Shown one piece after another: positions 61,326 through 64,000 of a stretch of DNA of 64,000 bases. Numbering within the stretch: the stretch's first letter is position 1; the number at the start of each line of letters is the position of its first letter. The notes below the pieces were generated by a model. The model was not told the origin of the DNA, did not search any database, and saw only the letters and a list, made by a program, of their open reading frames with translations. A program made the translations under genes and the position numbers. Source of the stretch: Mustelus asterias (taxonomy: Eukaryota); assembly GCF_964213995.1 (NCBI RefSeq), contig NW_027590476.1, forward strand, positions 124,001-188,000. Direction: 5' to 3'.

Positions 61326-61607
61326 ACCACAATCAGATCATCTGTAATCTCAGTGAACAACGGAGGTGACGTCAGGGTCCGAATGGCCAACTCTTGCTAT
61401 TAATGTACGGCCCTTCAATTAGTCAATGTTGCAATTATTTGAATTTGTAATCACATTCAGAGTTTCCTGGTCATTCAGTAAGTATTCATTCCGAAGGTAT
61501 TTCTGAAGGAAAGTCACTGATCTTCGTTTTATGGAGTGAGAGGCAGTGAGTTGGAGCGAGGAAGGGGATTCAGTCAGTTTGAACACAGGCAATATCCCAA
61601 AATTACA

Positions 61608-61726
61608 ATGTGGAGATGCAGGCGTTAGGCTGGGGTGGGCTCAGTAAGGAGTCTGACAACACCAGGTTAACGTCCAACACGCTTATTTGGACTTGCGAAC
61701 TTTTGGAGCTCTTTCATCAGGTGAGG
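61608..61726 (-). mobile_element. Degenerate PLE terminus
   Basis: ATGTGGAGATGC..ACAACACCAGGTTAA..TTCATCAGGTGAG. Confidence 0.65.
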
Positions 61727-62705
61727 GGCCACTGCTGTTTGTAATATTTATTAATGATCTGGATGAGGGTATAGTTGGGTGGATTAGCAAATTTGCTGAT
61801 GACACCAAAGTCGGTGGTGTGGTAGACAGTGAGGAAGGGTGTCGTAGTTTGCAGGAAGACTTAGACAGGTTGCAAAGTTGGGCCGAGAGGTGGCGGATGG
61901 AGTTTAATGCGGAGAAGTGTGAGGTAATTCACTTTGGTAGGAATAACAGATGTGTTGAGTATAGGGCTAACGGGAGGACTTTGAATAGTGTGGAGGAGCA
62001 GAGGGATCTAGGTGTATGTGTGCATAGATCCCTGAAAGTTGGGAATCAAGTAGAAAAGGTTGTTAAGAAGGCATATGGTGTCTTGGCGTTTATTGGTAGG
62101 GGGATTGAATTTAGGAGTCGTAGCGTTATGTTGCAACTGTACACAACTCTGGTGCGGCCGCACTTGGAGTACTGTGTGCAGTTCTGGTCCCCACATTACA
62201 GGAAGGATGTGGAGGCTTTGGAGAGGGTGCAGAGGAGGTTTACCAGGATGTTGCCTGGTATGGAGGGGAGATCCTATGAGGAGAGGCTGAGGGATTTGGG
62301 ATTGTTTTCGCTGGAAAGGCGGCGGCTAAGAGGGGATCTTATTGAAACATATAAGATGATTAGAGGTTTAGATAGGGTGGATAGTGATAGCCTTTTTCCT
62401 CTGATGGAGAAATCCAGCACGAGGGGGCATGGCTTTAAATTGAGGGGGGGTAGTTATAGAACCGATGTCAGGGGTAGGTTCTTTACCCAGAGGGTGGTGA
62501 GGGATTGGAATGCCCTGCCAGCATCAGTTGTAAATGCGCCTAGTTTGGGGGCGTTTAAGAGATCCGTAGATAGGTTCATGGACGAAAAGAAATTGGTTTA
62601 GGTTGGAGGGTCACAGTTTTTTTTTTAACTGGTCGGTGCAACATCGTGGGCCGAAGGGCCTGTTCTGCGCTGTAATGTTCTATGTTCTATGTTCTATGTT
62701 CTATG
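61726..62705 (+). mobile_element. 5'-truncated CR1 LINE with open RT C-terminus
   Basis: GPLLFVIFINDL, KFADDTK, RPHLEYCVQFW; (ATGTTCT)4 tail. Confidence 0.93.
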
Positions 62706-63229
62706 AATGAAGAGACAACTTCTTCATCACAAAGTGCTGTCGTTTGAGAAATAGGTAGTGCTTGAAATAATGGAGAAAATCTTTACTCTTCTCTGTTATT
62801 CCAATGAATGGTATGTCATTACGATGACATCAAAATGTTTTTTGTCTTTCCAATCTGATAGAGGTGGAGACAGTGATGTGAGTTTCTACAAAGATGGCGA
62901 TTCCCAAATGATAGGAGTAACAGAAGCTCAAAGGTGTGCGTAGGTCTTAATCGGGAAATATTAACTTAAGTTTATTATTCTAGTCAAATTGTGACGTTGA
63001 AACATAAAAAATAGAAGCAGGAGGAGGCCATTCGGCCTTTTGACCCTGCTCTACCATTCACTTTGATCACGGCTCATCAATATCCTGACCCCGCCTACTA
63101 CCCATATCCACTGATCCCTTTAGCCCCAAGAGCTATACCTAATATAGAAACATACTTGTATAAATATGTTTGATTAATTAATAAATGCAGGTAAGAGTCT
63201 AACTTATTTAATCGACTATTCTTTCCCAG

Positions 63230-63529
63230 TGACACCGTCTCCGCCCACTCTCTACATCCTCGGTTCTTCCTGTCAGCAACACAACTCCGATGGCTCCAAC
63301 ATCTACGGCTGCGTGGCGATGGACTACTCTCCAGATGTCTCCAAACTGACCTGGAAGAAAAATGGGCAGCTGATCACCTCTGGATTTAAGACTTACCCGT
63401 CAGTGAGAAACGCGAAGGGAACCTATACCCTGAGCAGCCAGTTAACCATCACCCAGTCAGAGGGAGAGTGCAGCAAAATCAACTGTGAGGTTCGACACAG
63501 CGGCTCAGTCAAGAGCATTGTAATGCGAT
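63230..63529 (+). CDS. IGHM: Immunoglobulin mu heavy-chain constant exon CH1 (shark type)
   Basis: 300-nt phase 1-1 exon (CCCAG| ... |GTAAGT). [41 protein letters not shown] is a C1-set domain closely resembling elasmobranch C-mu1 as recalled. Confidence 0.9.
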
Positions 63530-63679
63530 GTAAGTGTTGTGGAACTTGGGCAAGACAGGAACTCGCCGATTGAACTATATAAGGCCTTAATTATAACTGA
63601 TCTGTAGCATTCTGAAAAAAATGAATTATGCAAAATCCAGGTAAGTGCCTACTGACTGAAAAGTTGCTCAGAATCAAAG

Positions 63680-64000
63680 AACAACAGAAATGTTACTGTG
63701 CAGAATGAGGCCATTTAACCCATCATGTCTGTGCTGGCCAAAAGGGAGAACAAATAAACTAGCCAGACAAGTTAAGCCTATTTTCCAGCCCTTGCTCTGT
63801 AGCATTGCAGGTTAAAGCACTTGAGATGCAGACCCAGATACCTTTTAAATGACCATGCTCCCTGGTAATTGAGCCCTCCACTTGGGGAATGAATTATTTC
63901 AGCCTATGTCCCTTATAATTCTGTGAACCACAATTATGTCACGCCTCAGCCTCCTCTTTTCCTAAAGAGAACAAACCCTGCCTATCCAATCTCGCCTCAT
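63680..64000 (-). mobile_element. Degenerate CR1 3' fragment
   Basis: GAGGCCATTTAACCCATC 3' UTR motif and CCTCAGCCTCCTC..AAAGAGAACAAACCC (LGLFSL on the minus strand). Confidence 0.65.

Larger units (their letters stand above)
53973..63229 (+). other. Putative J-C-mu intron (~9.3 kb)
   Basis: Bounded by a GT donor and TTCTTTCCCAG acceptor; AT-rich, with no recognisable TE over the first ~3.7 kb. Confidence 0.6.

Noticed and set aside
57667-61390. His/Thr/Ser-rich and Gly/Arg/Glu-rich ORFs
   Set aside because: Translations of low-complexity repeats.
63186-63196. Second TGCAGGTAAGA identical to the J-stump donor
   Set aside because: Only ~40 nt from the acceptor and with no J-like coding sequence upstream. 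It also shows such short matches can arise by chance, which limits confidence in the J remnant.

Overview
Repeat-dense vertebrate genomic DNA, almost certainly from a shark/elasmobranch (HE1-type SINEs, shark-type CR1 and Penelope-like elements, shark-type IgM C-mu1 exon). Bases 1-47.5 kb are a cluster of short C2H2 zinc-finger genes and pseudogenes with no recognisable KRAB domain (six loci, one clearly intact). They share a promoter module and are riddled with CR1, Rex1, Penelope-like (PLE), SINE and LTR insertions. Inside the cluster (10.3-22.8 kb) is a tandem array of divergent 7SL (SRP RNA) genes: three copies plus a partial unit, a ~1.47-kb basic unit, and a later 4.79-kb duplication carrying nested TEs. 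Several PLE ends carry minimal hammerhead-ribozyme motifs, and one PLE insertion is an apparently perfect 564-bp-arm palindrome. At 47.5-54 kb a Tx1-clade retrotransposon breaks off inside ORF2 and is joined to what looks like the last ~10 nt of an Ig JH segment and its splice donor. A ~9.3-kb J-C intron follows, containing a G-rich, AID-hotspot-rich repeat, and then an intact IgM C-mu1 exon. No V, D or RSS is visible upstream, so this appears to be a 'headless' IgM cluster fused to a retroelement and a ZNF promoter. All calls come from reading the sequence and recalled family motifs; no database searches were run.
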